Shown in pieces: positions 20,767 through 30,731 of a stretch of DNA of 64,000 nt. A program made the position numbers and the translations under genes. A model generated the notes under the pieces. That model worked only from the letters and a program-made list of their open reading frames with translations, was not told the DNA's origin and did not search any database. Within the stretch, counting starts at the first letter, position 1; every line of letters begins with the position of its first letter. Source of the DNA: Gammaproteobacteria bacterium (GTDB lineage: Bacteria; Pseudomonadota; Gammaproteobacteria; Eutrophobiales; Eutrophobiaceae); NCBI GenBank assembly GCA_965226155.1, contig OZ245331.1, forward strand, positions 466,681 to 530,680. The letters run 5' to 3'.

Positions 20767-22152
20767 ATGATAATTAGTATTTTAGATTTGTTTAAAGTGG
20801 GTATCGGACCATCGAGCTCTCATACAGTTGGTCCAATGGTCGCAGCAAGACGTTTTCTGTTATCCCTAGTCAAGAATAATAAGCTGAATCGTATTGATAG
20901 AATTTCGACAGAGATTTATGGGTCACTCGCCTTAACCGGAATTGGCCACGGTACCGATAAAGCCATCTTGTTGGGTTTATCCGGAGAGCAGCCACACCTG
21001 ATCGATCCGGATGAAGCTGACAACATAGTTGCCCAAATCAAAGACAAGGGTGAGTTGAAATTGTTAAGTGATAAGCAAATACATTTTCACCCGGATAAAG
21101 ATTTGATATTTAATCGTCGTAATCGCCTGCCGTATCATTCCAATGGCATGAAATTCACTGCCCTGGATCAAGTTCAGAATATTCTAGCTGAAGGTATCTT
21201 TTACTCCATCGGTGGCGGTTTTGTTCTTGAGCAATCTGAGATTGATACCAATGCACAACAGTCCAACAGTGAATCTACTCCTGAACCTCATGCATTCAGC
21301 TCAGCAAGGGAGCTATTAGAGATCGGCTACAGTACAGGTATGAATATTGCTGAGATTGTGCTTGCAAATGAAAATGCGATTCATCCTACTAGAGACATCT
21401 ATGAAGACATAAATCTATTATGGCAAACGATGCAAGACTGTATAGACAGAGGATGCCATGAAGACGGTGTATTGCCGGGCCGTCTAAAAGTGGAACGACG
21501 TGCCGGTAAATTATTTAAACAACTATCCGACCGCGGTGAGCGCGACCTAGATGAACCCTTAGCAGTAATGGACTGGGTGAATTTATGGGCCATTGCTGTG
21601 AATGAGGAAAATGCAGCCGGTGGAAGAGTAGTGACAGCACCCACGAACGGTGCTGCCGGGATAATACCCGCAGTGCTTCGCTACTATGATCGCTATTGCA
21701 AAGGTGCAAATCAGCAAGGCATTAATAATTTTTTTCTTACTGCTACTGCTATTGGCTCATTATACAAACAAAATGCCTCCATATCGGGTGCTGAAGTGGG
21801 TTGCCAGGGTGAAGTCGGTGTCGCCTGTTCCATGGCAGCAGGCGGTTTGACAGCAGCTTTGGGTGGCAGCAACGAACAGATCGAAAACGCTGCTGAGATC
21901 GGAATGGAGCATAACCTCGGTTTGACCTGTGACCCGATCGGCGGTCTGGTACAAATACCCTGTATTGAACGAAATGCTATGGGCGCAATCAAAGCCATTG
22001 ATGCATCACGTTTGGCAATGCTCGGTGATGGTACACATAAAGTATCGTTGGACAAAGTTATTGCAACGATGAAACAGACCGGAAACGACATGCAATCTAT
22101 ATATAAGGAAACCTCCAAGGGCGGTCTGGCGGTAAATGTAATCGAATGTTAA
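20767..22152 (+). CDS. sdaA: L-serine ammonia-lyase (iron-sulfur dependent, single chain)
   Basis: The N-terminal DLFKVGIGPSSSHTVGPM motif and 461 aa match SdaA along the full length. Confidence 0.9.
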   Translation: MIISILDLFKVGIGPSSSHTVGPMVAARRFLLSLVKNNKLNRIDRISTEIYGSLALTGIGHGTDKAILLGLSGEQPHLIDPDEADNIVAQIKDKGELKLLSDKQIHFHPDKDLIFNRRNRLPYHSNGMKFTALDQVQNILAEGIFYSIGGGFVLEQSEIDTNAQQSNSESTPEPHAFSSARELLEIGYSTGMNIAEIVLANENAIHPTRDIYEDINLLWQTMQDCIDRGCHEDGVLPGRLKVERRAGKLFKQLSDRGERDLDEPLAVMDWVNLWAIAVNEENAAGGRVVTAPTNGAAGIIPAVLRYYDRYCKGANQQGINNFFLTATAIGSLYKQNASISGAEVGCQGEVGVACSMAAGGLTAALGGSNEQIENAAEIGMEHNLGLTCDPIGGLVQIPCIERNAMGAIKAIDASRLAMLGDGTHKVSLDKVIATMKQTGNDMQSIYKETSKGGLAVNVIEC

Positions 22153-22295
22153 TCAGTTTATTCGTGCATGTACAAACCATTGATAAGTGTAAATAATAGT
22201 TTTTTAAAAAATGACGGAAATTAAATAGAGCAATGGGGGGTTGAAATTAATACTCTAATTTACTGCCACTGCAGTAGGTGAAATTATTTTATATT

Positions 22296-22459
22296 GCGCA
22301 ATCAGGCTGCCAGCACTTCTGTTGCTGGTTGATACTCATAACCCAGATCTTCAGCGACAGCCTGGGATGTAATACGGCCCTTGTACACATTCAGGCCGTT
22401 TCTTAAATCCAGATTTCCCAGCAATGCTTTTTTATAACCATTGTTCGCCAGTGCCGTGC
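22296..22459 (-). pseudogene. Short gene remnant (C-terminal fragment of an unidentified protein)
   Basis: The minus strand translates to …TALANNGYKKALLGNLDLRNGLNVYKGRITSQAVAEDLGYEYQPATEVLAA* with no upstream start, inside the 525-bp gap after sdaA. Confidence 0.2.
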
Positions 22460-22677
22460 AAGTGCGTCAACCGATATATACATCTTCTGTTGGGAAGTGG
22501 CACCATTATGAAGAACAATTGCAAATACTGACCCACTTTTTCACCGAGCAGGAGGTAAGCTTTTAAAGCACGTTGCTACCCGTCAGAAAATAAATACTCA
22601 AGTAACGATCGAACAGGAAACATACAATCATCAAGAATTCGTTGCTGTTGGTAGTTATTTAAGAAATAAAGGGCGAC

Positions 22678-23336
22678 TCACTTCGTAAGAGCATTAACTA
22701 CATCACCTTTTTTCGCTAACCAGCCATAACTATTTTGTTCGAATTCTATCCAATTAATTACGTTATTATGCAAATCTTGTGTTAATCCAGCACAGCAATC
22801 ATCAACCAGGAGACAAAAATAACCAAGATCAACGGCAACGCGCAGAGTTGAACTTATGCAGCATTCAGTTATGATGCCGGTGATAATCAGATGTGTAATC
22901 CCGAGTTTGCTTAGTTGCTTATCACAGGATGTCCTGACGAATGCACTATATCCGTTTTTATCGATAACAATCTCGCGATCTAGTGGCTTTAGTTCGTCAA
23001 TGAATTCGTGCCCGGGTTCGCCACGAATAAGCATTCACCCCAATTTCCCTTCTTGACCGACACAGGGTCTACTGTGCGGCGCAATTCATGGCAATCACTT
23101 AAATCCGGCGCCCATCCTTCACATGTGTGCACTATTGTTAGTTCAGCCTGCCTTGATGCTTCAAGTAAATTACGAATTCGGGGAATTGTCGATTGGCAGT
23201 GACTGATATCGTAGCCCAGACTGGCAAGGCCTCCTTGTGGCAGCAGAAAATCACCTTGCATATCAATAACCAGCAAGGCGGTATGCTTCGGGTCAAATTG
23301 GCATGTTGATTTACCTCTGCAGTTAATCTCAATCAT
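22678..23336 (-). pseudogene. Isochorismatase-family hydrolase gene disrupted by a frameshift
   Basis: Two overlapping ORFs, 22989-23336 (N-terminal half, LLVIDMQGDF) and 22678-23034 (C-terminal half, GYSAF…ITGIITECCISSTLR), together form one isochorismatase. The frames switch near 23035-23050. Confidence 0.7.
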
Positions 23337-23361
23337 TAATCTATCCTCGTATTAAAATCTT

Positions 23362-24366
23362 TTATAGTTTCTTTAATTCCGGCATGACCTCACGGGCAAA
23401 GAAGCGTAGGCCTTCCATGGTGTTTTCATAGCTGTTTTCGCCGATAGTATCAGGACACATTACTAGTTCATCAATACCCATATCCACGGTTCTCTTTCGC
23501 AGGGCTTCAACACAACCACTTGGTGGGCCTACGTAGGACAATACAATTTCTCTATGCTCTGAAATAATATCTTCAGGATTTATATCGAGTTGAATAGCAC
23601 GTTCCTCCAACACTTTGTCCAACTCATTTGGGCCAACTTCCTCTTCAGTAAATATGATGGAACAAAGTCGGCCTTTCCTGATTTGGGCATAGTCTCTATC
23701 TATATCCTTGCAATGTTCTTTTAGTGTATCGAGCGCCTCCATTGCAGTTTTGTCGTCCGCACCAATCAAATTCACCCGATCGGCAAACTCAGCTGACAAA
23801 CGGGTTAGGAATTTTTTGCTCTTAAACGCGATCTGGATGTTCGTCCTAGGCTTGCTAACAGGTTTTGGGTAGTTCACCATTTTATTTACAGCGTAATATT
23901 CGCCCGTAAAACTAGTGCGCTCGTTTGTCCATAAAGAAATCAGGATTCGAATCTCTTCCTCCAGCTTTGTTGCGCGCTCTACCCCCTTTAGATTGGGCTC
24001 GTCCAATGCAGCACGTTGGTCCGGTGAATTACCCGCACCCATACCAACGGTCAGACGCCCGTTACTAATAATGTCTACTATGCTTGTTATCTTAGCGAAC
24101 AAAGCCGGGTGCCGTCGTCCATCTGGTGAAACCAGTGATCCAATACGCATGCGCTCTGTCGCCTCAGCCATTAAAGGCAGTACAGTCCAGGGATCATAAA
24201 CTTCAACCTGACCCTGAGCATTGGGGGGATCATCATCAAAATAGTGGGGAAATAAATCGTCTCCCATATAACAGGCATCGAAATCCAGTGCTTCAATCTC
24301 CTGCCAACCTGCCTTGAGTTGATCATAAGTCCAACCCCAACCCACCATGAGCGTAGATATTTCCAT
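23362..24366 (-). CDS. LLM-class (luciferase-like) flavin-dependent oxidoreductase
   Basis: 334 aa with LLM family conserved blocks (GMGAGNSP…, C-terminal …VMPELKKL). Confidence 0.8.
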   Translation of the reverse strand: MEISTLMVGWGWTYDQLKAGWQEIEALDFDACYMGDDLFPHYFDDDPPNAQGQVEVYDPWTVLPLMAEATERMRIGSLVSPDGRRHPALFAKITSIVDIISNGRLTVGMGAGNSPDQRAALDEPNLKGVERATKLEEEIRILISLWTNERTSFTGEYYAVNKMVNYPKPVSKPRTNIQIAFKSKKFLTRLSAEFADRVNLIGADDKTAMEALDTLKEHCKDIDRDYAQIRKGRLCSIIFTEEEVGPNELDKVLEERAIQLDINPEDIISEHREIVLSYVGPPSGCVEALRKRTVDMGIDELVMCPDTIGENSYENTMEGLRFFAREVMPELKKL

Positions 24367-24367
24367 T

Positions 24368-25402
24368 TCACGCTAGCTTTGGCATCACTTCTTCCGCAAA
24401 TTTTCTCATATCATCAATAGAATTCAGTCCATGAACGATTACCTCCTCAAATGTATCGCCTGCAATTTCTCTTATCTCGGCAGCAATCTCGGCAGGCGTC
24501 CCGATAACGTGACGCTCTGTCAATCGTGAGTAAACAGAATGTGCATTACCCTCGTCAGATGCTTTCACCCGCGCATGCTGCTCATCCAGTGTGGCCGATT
24601 GCTCAATAGCCAGTTCTTCCGGCGTACCTATAACATGCGGGAATGAACCATCAACCTTACCTTGATAGTTTTCGACATTGAACGTGCCATCGATCATGAT
24701 GACATTTATACTGCGTGATTTGGGAATGGACTGATAGTCTCTTCCAATCTCGGTGCAGGTTTCTTCTACTAGGCTTAACAGTTCACGGGTGGCTGTGTCG
24801 CTGGCGTTATAAACGTTGATGGCATCAGCTTGTCTGGCAGCTAGCTTCGGCATGGCTTTCCTGCCCATTACCAGCCCTACCTAAACAGGAGGGTGTGGGT
24901 TCTGGAAAGGCTTGGGATCAGCACTTGCCTTTGTCAGCGTGTAATACTCTCCCTCAAAATCAACGGCATCTTCTGTCCACATTCTTTTGAGGATTTCAAT
25001 TTCCTCACTTAAATATTTGACCCTCACCGGGCCTTTGGGAAAATCCTGCCCCCAGGGAACAAAGTACATCGGATCATCACCCGTACCGATTGCGACATCC
25101 AATCGGCCATGGCTGATCTGATCAATATATGCGGCCATTTTGGAAAGTAGACAGGGGTTCCTGCGCCGACATGGTGTGACCATCGGTCCAATTCTGATAT
25201 TGTCGGTTATTTCTGCCAGGATGGATAAAACAGTCCAGGTTTCCCATACAGGCAGCATCCTGCCGCTATCCAGATCGGTATAGACGACATTATCCATCAT
25301 CCATCCGGAATGAAAACCCAGACGGTCTGCCTCTAACCAGTAGTCTCTTACTTTCTCCCAGTTCCAGTTTATGCCATGCTGGTAAAGCCCTAGCTTTATC
25401 AT
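24368..25402 (-). pseudogene. LLM-class flavin-dependent oxidoreductase interrupted by a single in-frame TAG
   Basis: ORFs 24881-25453 and 24368-24868 are in the same frame, separated only by TAG at 24881-24883 (…NPHPPV*VGLVMGRKAMPKLAARQADAINVYN…). The likely true start is ATG 25400-25402 (MIKLGLYQHG). The ORF track's TTG at 25453 lies inside the IS30 terminus. Confidence 0.7.
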
Positions 25403-25424
25403 ATCTTGCCCATATAAGTTGTTT

Positions 25425-26492
25425 CGTGAATTCAATTTGTAAGTGCAACTCAATTAGGTGGCACGAACGGCAAGCTGCGGTAGCATCCTTACCTTTCGTT
25501 CCAGCAAGAAAGAGAGGCACAGATGAGACACTACACACAGCTTACCGAGCATCAACGTTACCAGATTTACGCCCTGATGAAAGCAGGACATACACAAACG
25601 GAGATAGCCGCCTTGATAGGCGTGCATAAATCTACTATTAGCCGTGAACTCAGACGCAACCGTGGCTTGAGAGGCTATCGACCCCGCCAAGCTCAGTTGC
25701 TCCGGCAAGCGCGTCGAGAAGCCAGTCAACAACAGCGACTCCCCACGACCTTGTGGGAGCGAGTAGAGGTCTGGCTGCGGGACGAATGGAGTCCTGAGCA
25801 AATCAGTGACTGGTTGCATAAACGAGAAGGTATCGCTCTGAGTCATGAATGGATATATCACTACATATACCAGGACAAGGCAGACGGCGGTGAGCTGTAC
25901 CGGTACTTGCGTTGCCAGAAGAAACGAAAGAAGCGTTATGGTAGTTATCAACGTCGTGGGGTTCTGGTGAATCAGGGCAGCATTGATAAGCGTCCCGCCA
26001 TTGTGAACAGGAAGACACGCATCGGTGACTGGGAAGTGGACACCGTCATCGGCAAAGGCCATCGACAGGCGCTGGTCACCTTGAGCGAGCGCAAGTCGAT
26101 GTACACCTTGATTGCACAGGTGAAACGACGAACTGCCTCTGCCGTCAGGCAAGCTATCGTGCGATTGTTATCTAATATGAAGGCGTCGGTTCACACGATC
26201 ACCTCGGATAATGGAAAAGAATTTGCTGAGCATGAGGTTATTGCTCAACAATTGAACGCGGGGTTCTATTTTGCACATCCTTATGCCTCCTGGGAACGGG
26301 GTTTAAATGAAAATATCAATGGTCTCATTCGACAGTACTTCCCAAAGAAAATGGACTTCAGCACGATTACACAAAAGCAGTTAAACTTGGTCATGAAAAA
26401 ACTCAATCACCGTCCCAGAAAAACACTTAATTCAAAAACACTACATGAAGTCTTTTTTAACATCAACGTTGCACTTCAAAGTTGAATCCGCG
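25425..26492 (+). mobile_element. IS30-family insertion sequence, copy 1 (about 1068 bp)
   Basis: Imperfect ~25-bp terminal inverted repeats (CGTGAATTCAATTTGTAAGTGCAAC / GTTGCACTTCAAAGTTGAATCCGCG) flank a single transposase ORF. The same element recurs at 31516 and 33849. Confidence 0.85.
25523..26485 (+). CDS. IS30-family transposase
   Basis: 320 aa with an N-terminal HTH (YALMKAGHTQTEIAALIGVHKSTISRELRRN) and a DDE integrase core. Confidence 0.85.
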   Translation: MRHYTQLTEHQRYQIYALMKAGHTQTEIAALIGVHKSTISRELRRNRGLRGYRPRQAQLLRQARREASQQQRLPTTLWERVEVWLRDEWSPEQISDWLHKREGIALSHEWIYHYIYQDKADGGELYRYLRCQKKRKKRYGSYQRRGVLVNQGSIDKRPAIVNRKTRIGDWEVDTVIGKGHRQALVTLSERKSMYTLIAQVKRRTASAVRQAIVRLLSNMKASVHTITSDNGKEFAEHEVIAQQLNAGFYFAHPYASWERGLNENINGLIRQYFPKKMDFSTITQKQLNLVMKKLNHRPRKTLNSKTLHEVFFNINVALQS

Positions 26493-26604
26493 CTGCAATA
26501 TATACCTAGTAGGTTCCTTAATAGCCGATTAGTATTTATATTAAACATTCTTAAAAATCGATGTTTAGATACAAAAAATAATAAATAATGATTTTGGAAG
26601 GAGT

Positions 26605-27414
26605 ATGTATTTTATGAAAACTACACAATTATTGACTAACTCGCTGATTATTTGTCTTAATTCATGTGGAAACGTTTACGCGGATGATTTGTTTAGTGGT
26701 CAGTGGATTGATCTTACACATGAGTTTTCAGAAGAATCAATTTATTGGCCTACCGCTGAGGCATTTAAAAAAACAACGGTTTCTGAAGGCGTTACTGATA
26801 AAGGTTACTATTATAGCGCCTATAATATCAATACAGCCGAACATGGAGGTACACATATTGATGCACCAATTCATTTTTTTGAAGATCGTAGGACAGTTGA
26901 TCAAATTCCGATAGAACAACTTATAGGGTCAGCTATTGTTATAGATATTTCAGAAAAAGTGAACCGAGACCGTAGCTATCAATTATCGATAGAAGATATA
27001 TTGATGTGGAAAAATACTCATGGTTCATTACCAAAAGGGAGTATTTTATTAGTTAATACTGGTTCAAGCATTTATTGGCCAAATAAAAAGAAATACATGG
27101 GTACAGATAAACTTGGTCAAAAAGCACTTTCTGAACTAGAATTTCCTGGAATTCATCCCAATACAGCAACATTTCTGACAACAGAAAGAAAAATAAAAGC
27201 TGTTGGATTAGATACTCCAAGCTTAAATTATGGGAAATCTAGGGAATTCAAATCACATCAAAAATTATTTAAAAACAATATCCCTGGTTTTGAAAATGTT
27301 GCAAACATTGATAAGTTACCGGTAATAGGAGCAACTGTTATAGCTTTGCCAATGAAAATTAAAGGCGTGAGTGATGGCCCTTTACGAATTGTTGCATTTA
27401 TCCCTGACAATTAA
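26605..27414 (+). CDS. Cyclase-family protein (kynurenine formamidase-like), probable lipoprotein
   Basis: The EHGGTHIDAPIHF motif, a lipobox-like LNSC in the leader, and low local GC. Confidence 0.7.
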   Translation: MYFMKTTQLLTNSLIICLNSCGNVYADDLFSGQWIDLTHEFSEESIYWPTAEAFKKTTVSEGVTDKGYYYSAYNINTAEHGGTHIDAPIHFFEDRRTVDQIPIEQLIGSAIVIDISEKVNRDRSYQLSIEDILMWKNTHGSLPKGSILLVNTGSSIYWPNKKKYMGTDKLGQKALSELEFPGIHPNTATFLTTERKIKAVGLDTPSLNYGKSREFKSHQKLFKNNIPGFENVANIDKLPVIGATVIALPMKIKGVSDGPLRIVAFIPDN

Positions 27415-27498
27415 TTATATAATCGAGTTCTGAAATTTAACACATAGGATATTTGTTGAAATTTTTTGACTTTATCGACCAATCAACAAGGTTAAATT

Positions 27499-28038
27499 AT
27501 GTTAACTATAGATAATAGTTGTCTATTGATTATTGATGTGCAAGGCAAACTTGCCAGCCTAATACAGGATAAAGAAATATTGTTTGAAAATTTGCAACGA
27601 ATTGTAAAAGCAAGCAAGATATTTAAATTACCTATATTGTGGGTTGAACAAAATCCTACAAGGTTGGGCCCGACAATACCGGAAATCGCAAATGAAATAG
27701 AGGATACAAAACCAATTCATAAAATGACATTTAGCTGCTGTCGTAATGGTGAATTTATGATGAGGTTGCAAGAAACTGACTCTAACCAAATACTAGTCGT
27801 AGGGATAGAGACTCATGTCTGTGTGTATCAATCTGTCATTGAGCTCATTGATAATAAATATGAAGTCCACGTGATAGTTGATGCAGTGTCTTCCAGGACG
27901 AAAGAAAACAAACAAATAGGTCTGGAAAAAATGAAATCGGCAGGAACGAATATAACAAGCACTGAAACGGCTATATTAGAGTTATTGGGATCTGCAGAAG
28001 ATAAACGATTTAGAAAAATCCTGGATATAATAAAATAG
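27499..28038 (+). CDS. Isochorismatase-family hydrolase
   Basis: CLLIIDVQGK…VVGIETHVCVYQS, 179 aa, low GC. Confidence 0.75.
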   Translation: MLTIDNSCLLIIDVQGKLASLIQDKEILFENLQRIVKASKIFKLPILWVEQNPTRLGPTIPEIANEIEDTKPIHKMTFSCCRNGEFMMRLQETDSNQILVVGIETHVCVYQSVIELIDNKYEVHVIVDAVSSRTKENKQIGLEKMKSAGTNITSTETAILELLGSAEDKRFRKILDIIK

Positions 28039-28052
28039 TACCTAATATTTTT

Positions 28053-29247
28053 ATGTAGAAGTCTCGACTTGATCTGACACTTCACTTACAAAAGTGAGGG
28101 TTCCCGGTTTTGATAGAAGTGCAAAACTTTTAATCATAACCATAAGAGGTAACCCTCATGTTAAATACTAATGAAAAAATCATTAAGCACAAGGTCGGAT
28201 TGTTAAATCTGGCCGAAGAACTCGGCAATATCTCCAAAGCCTGTAAAATAATGGGGCTGTCCCGGGATACGTTCTATCTCTATCAAAATGCCGTTGAGGA
28301 AGGTGGCATAGAAGCGCTGTTTGAGCGGACTCGACGGAAACCAAATACGAAGAACCGTGTGGATGAGCAGACAGAAGCGGCTGTGGTGGCCCATGCCCTG
28401 GAGCAGCCGGCCCATGGTCAGGCGCGGACCAGCAATGAGCTCAGAAAACAGGGTGTGTTTGTCTCCGGTAGTGGTGTACGCAGTATCTGGCTCAGGCACC
28501 AGTTGGAGAACTTCAAACTGCGATTGAAAGCTCTGGAAGCCAAGGTGGCCGAGGAAGGTATTATCCTGACAGAAGCCCAGGTCGTCGCCCTGGAGAAAAA
28601 GAAACACGATGATGAAGCCTGTGGCGAGATAGAAACAGCGCATCTCGGTTATCTGGGTTCCCAGGATACGTTTTATGTGGGCACCTTAAAAGGGGTTGGC
28701 CGTGTCTATCAGCAAACCTTTGTGGACACCTACTGCAAAGTCGCCTTTGCCAAACTCTACAAGACCAAGACGCCGATCGCCGCCGCAGACCTGCTCAATG
28801 ACCAGGTGTTACCCCTGTTCGAGGAACAGGCTCTGCCCATGCTGAGGATACTGACAGACCGGGGCACGGAATACTGTGGCAAGGTCGAGCAGCATGATTA
28901 TCAGCTGTACCTGGCCATGAATGATATTGAACATACCAAAACGAAAGCCCGCTCTCCGCAGACCAATGGGACCTGTGAGCGGTTTCATAAAACCATTCTG
29001 CAGGAGTTTAATCAGGTCACTTTCCGTAAGAAAGTCTATGCTGATATCGATGCGCTGCAAAAGGATCTGGACGAATGGCTCCATTACTACAATAATGAGC
29101 GCACCCATCAGGGAAAAATGTGCGGCGGGCGGACACCCATGGCGACATTAGAAGATGGAAAACAAATCTGGCAGGAGAAGTTTGTAAACTAAACTTTAAC
29201 TGACAGTCACTGGCATCAAAATCGGTAACTGTCAGATCAAGTCTGAG
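28053..29247 (+). mobile_element. IS481-family insertion sequence (about 1.2 kb)
   Basis: Terminal inverted repeats TCTCGACTTGATCTGACA / TGTCAGATCAAGTCTGAG bracket a DDE transposase. GC is clearly higher than in the flanking DNA. Confidence 0.7.
28158..29192 (+). CDS. IS481-family transposase (integrase core, DDE)
   Basis: 344 aa with an N-terminal HTH and an rve core (…DTFYVGT…TDRGTEY…NNERTHQ). Confidence 0.8.
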   Translation: MLNTNEKIIKHKVGLLNLAEELGNISKACKIMGLSRDTFYLYQNAVEEGGIEALFERTRRKPNTKNRVDEQTEAAVVAHALEQPAHGQARTSNELRKQGVFVSGSGVRSIWLRHQLENFKLRLKALEAKVAEEGIILTEAQVVALEKKKHDDEACGEIETAHLGYLGSQDTFYVGTLKGVGRVYQQTFVDTYCKVAFAKLYKTKTPIAAADLLNDQVLPLFEEQALPMLRILTDRGTEYCGKVEQHDYQLYLAMNDIEHTKTKARSPQTNGTCERFHKTILQEFNQVTFRKKVYADIDALQKDLDEWLHYYNNERTHQGKMCGGRTPMATLEDGKQIWQEKFVN

Positions 29248-29303
29248 TCACTACATTTAATATCATGAATATTATTTATTAGTTATATAAATAATCGATA
29301 TTA

Positions 29304-30685
29304 TTAGCACTCAGTTACGTTTACCGCTAAACCACCCTGTGATGTTTTCTTATAGATAGTTTGCATATCTTTTCCAGTTTGCCGCATGGTAGCGATGACT
29401 TTGTCTAGCGACACTTTATGTGTTCCATCACCTAGCATCGCCATCCTCGAGGCATCTATTGCCTTGATAGCACCCATTGCATTTCGCTCGATGCATGGAA
29501 TTTGTACCAAACCGCCGATAGGATCGCATGTCAACCCCAAATTATGCTCCATACTTATTTCAGCAGCATTTTCAATCTGTTCATTACTCCCTCCTAGTGC
29601 AGATGTAAGACCAGCAGCTACCATCGAACTGGCCACACCCACCTCACCTTGACAACCTACTTCGGCACCAGAAATAGAAGCGTTATTTTTGTACAATGCA
29701 CCCACAGTAGCTACTGTTAGATAGAAATTATAAATTCCTTCTTTATCATATTCAGTACAATAATCTACAAAATAACGAACTACCGCTGGAATAATACCAG
29801 CCGCTCCATTGGTTGGAGCCGTCACAACTCGACCACCAGCTGCGTTCTCCTCATTCACTGCTATCGCCCATAAATTCACCATATCCATGACGGCGAGTGG
29901 ATCATTATTTGATTTATCGCTTCTTGCTTGTAAGCGTTCATATAATTGTGGAGCACGTCTTTTAACTTTAAGACGACCAGGTAACAACCCAGATTGCCTG
30001 CAACCACGTTCTATACAAGAATTCATCGTCTCCCAAATCTTTTCTATACCGGACAGTATTTCCACTTTGTTACGTTTTTTAAGCTCATTTTTATCACTAG
30101 GTCGGCAATCATCATGCCCTGCGCCTGTGCCTTGTCTAATAATTCACGGGCAGATTCAAAATCATAAGGAACTTGCTGATTCTCTGTTGCATTTGGCTGA
30201 GATTGAACGATTTCAGATTCATCGAGGACAAAACCACCACCTATGGAGTAAAAAATCTTCTCCTGTTTACTTTGCTCATTTTTAAGCTCGGCGCTAAACC
30301 GCATGCCATTTGAATGGTGGGGCAAAGTTTCTCGTCGGTAAAAAACAATGTCAGTAGCTGGATCAAATGAAATTTGGTTCTGTTGTAATAAATATATGTG
30401 TTTGTCGGCATGTATTGCAGAGATGATATCTACTGCCTCATCCGGGTCTACATAAGCAGGGATCTGGCCTGACAGACCTAGCATTATCGCTTTGTCCGTC
30501 CCATGACCGATACCAGTTAAGGCAAGTGACCCATATATTTCAACATGGATACGATTGATATTTTTAATTGAAAAATTACATAATAGCTCATCTAAATAAC
30601 GCTTTGCAGCAATCATTGGCCCTATAGTATGAGAGCTTGACGGCCCTATACCGACTTTAAATAAGTCAAATAGATTTACAAACAT
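29304..30685 (-). pseudogene. sdaA: Second L-serine dehydratase gene, frameshifted
   Basis: The N-terminal ORF 30044-30685 (MFVNLFDLFKVGIGPSSSHTIGPM…) and C-terminal ORF 29304-30065 overlap by 22 nt in different frames. The break lies next to a T6 run at about 30072-30077. Confidence 0.75.
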
Positions 30686-30731
30686 GTTATTTCTTTATAT
30701 TGATTAAACATAAATAAATTTTCATGAGATT

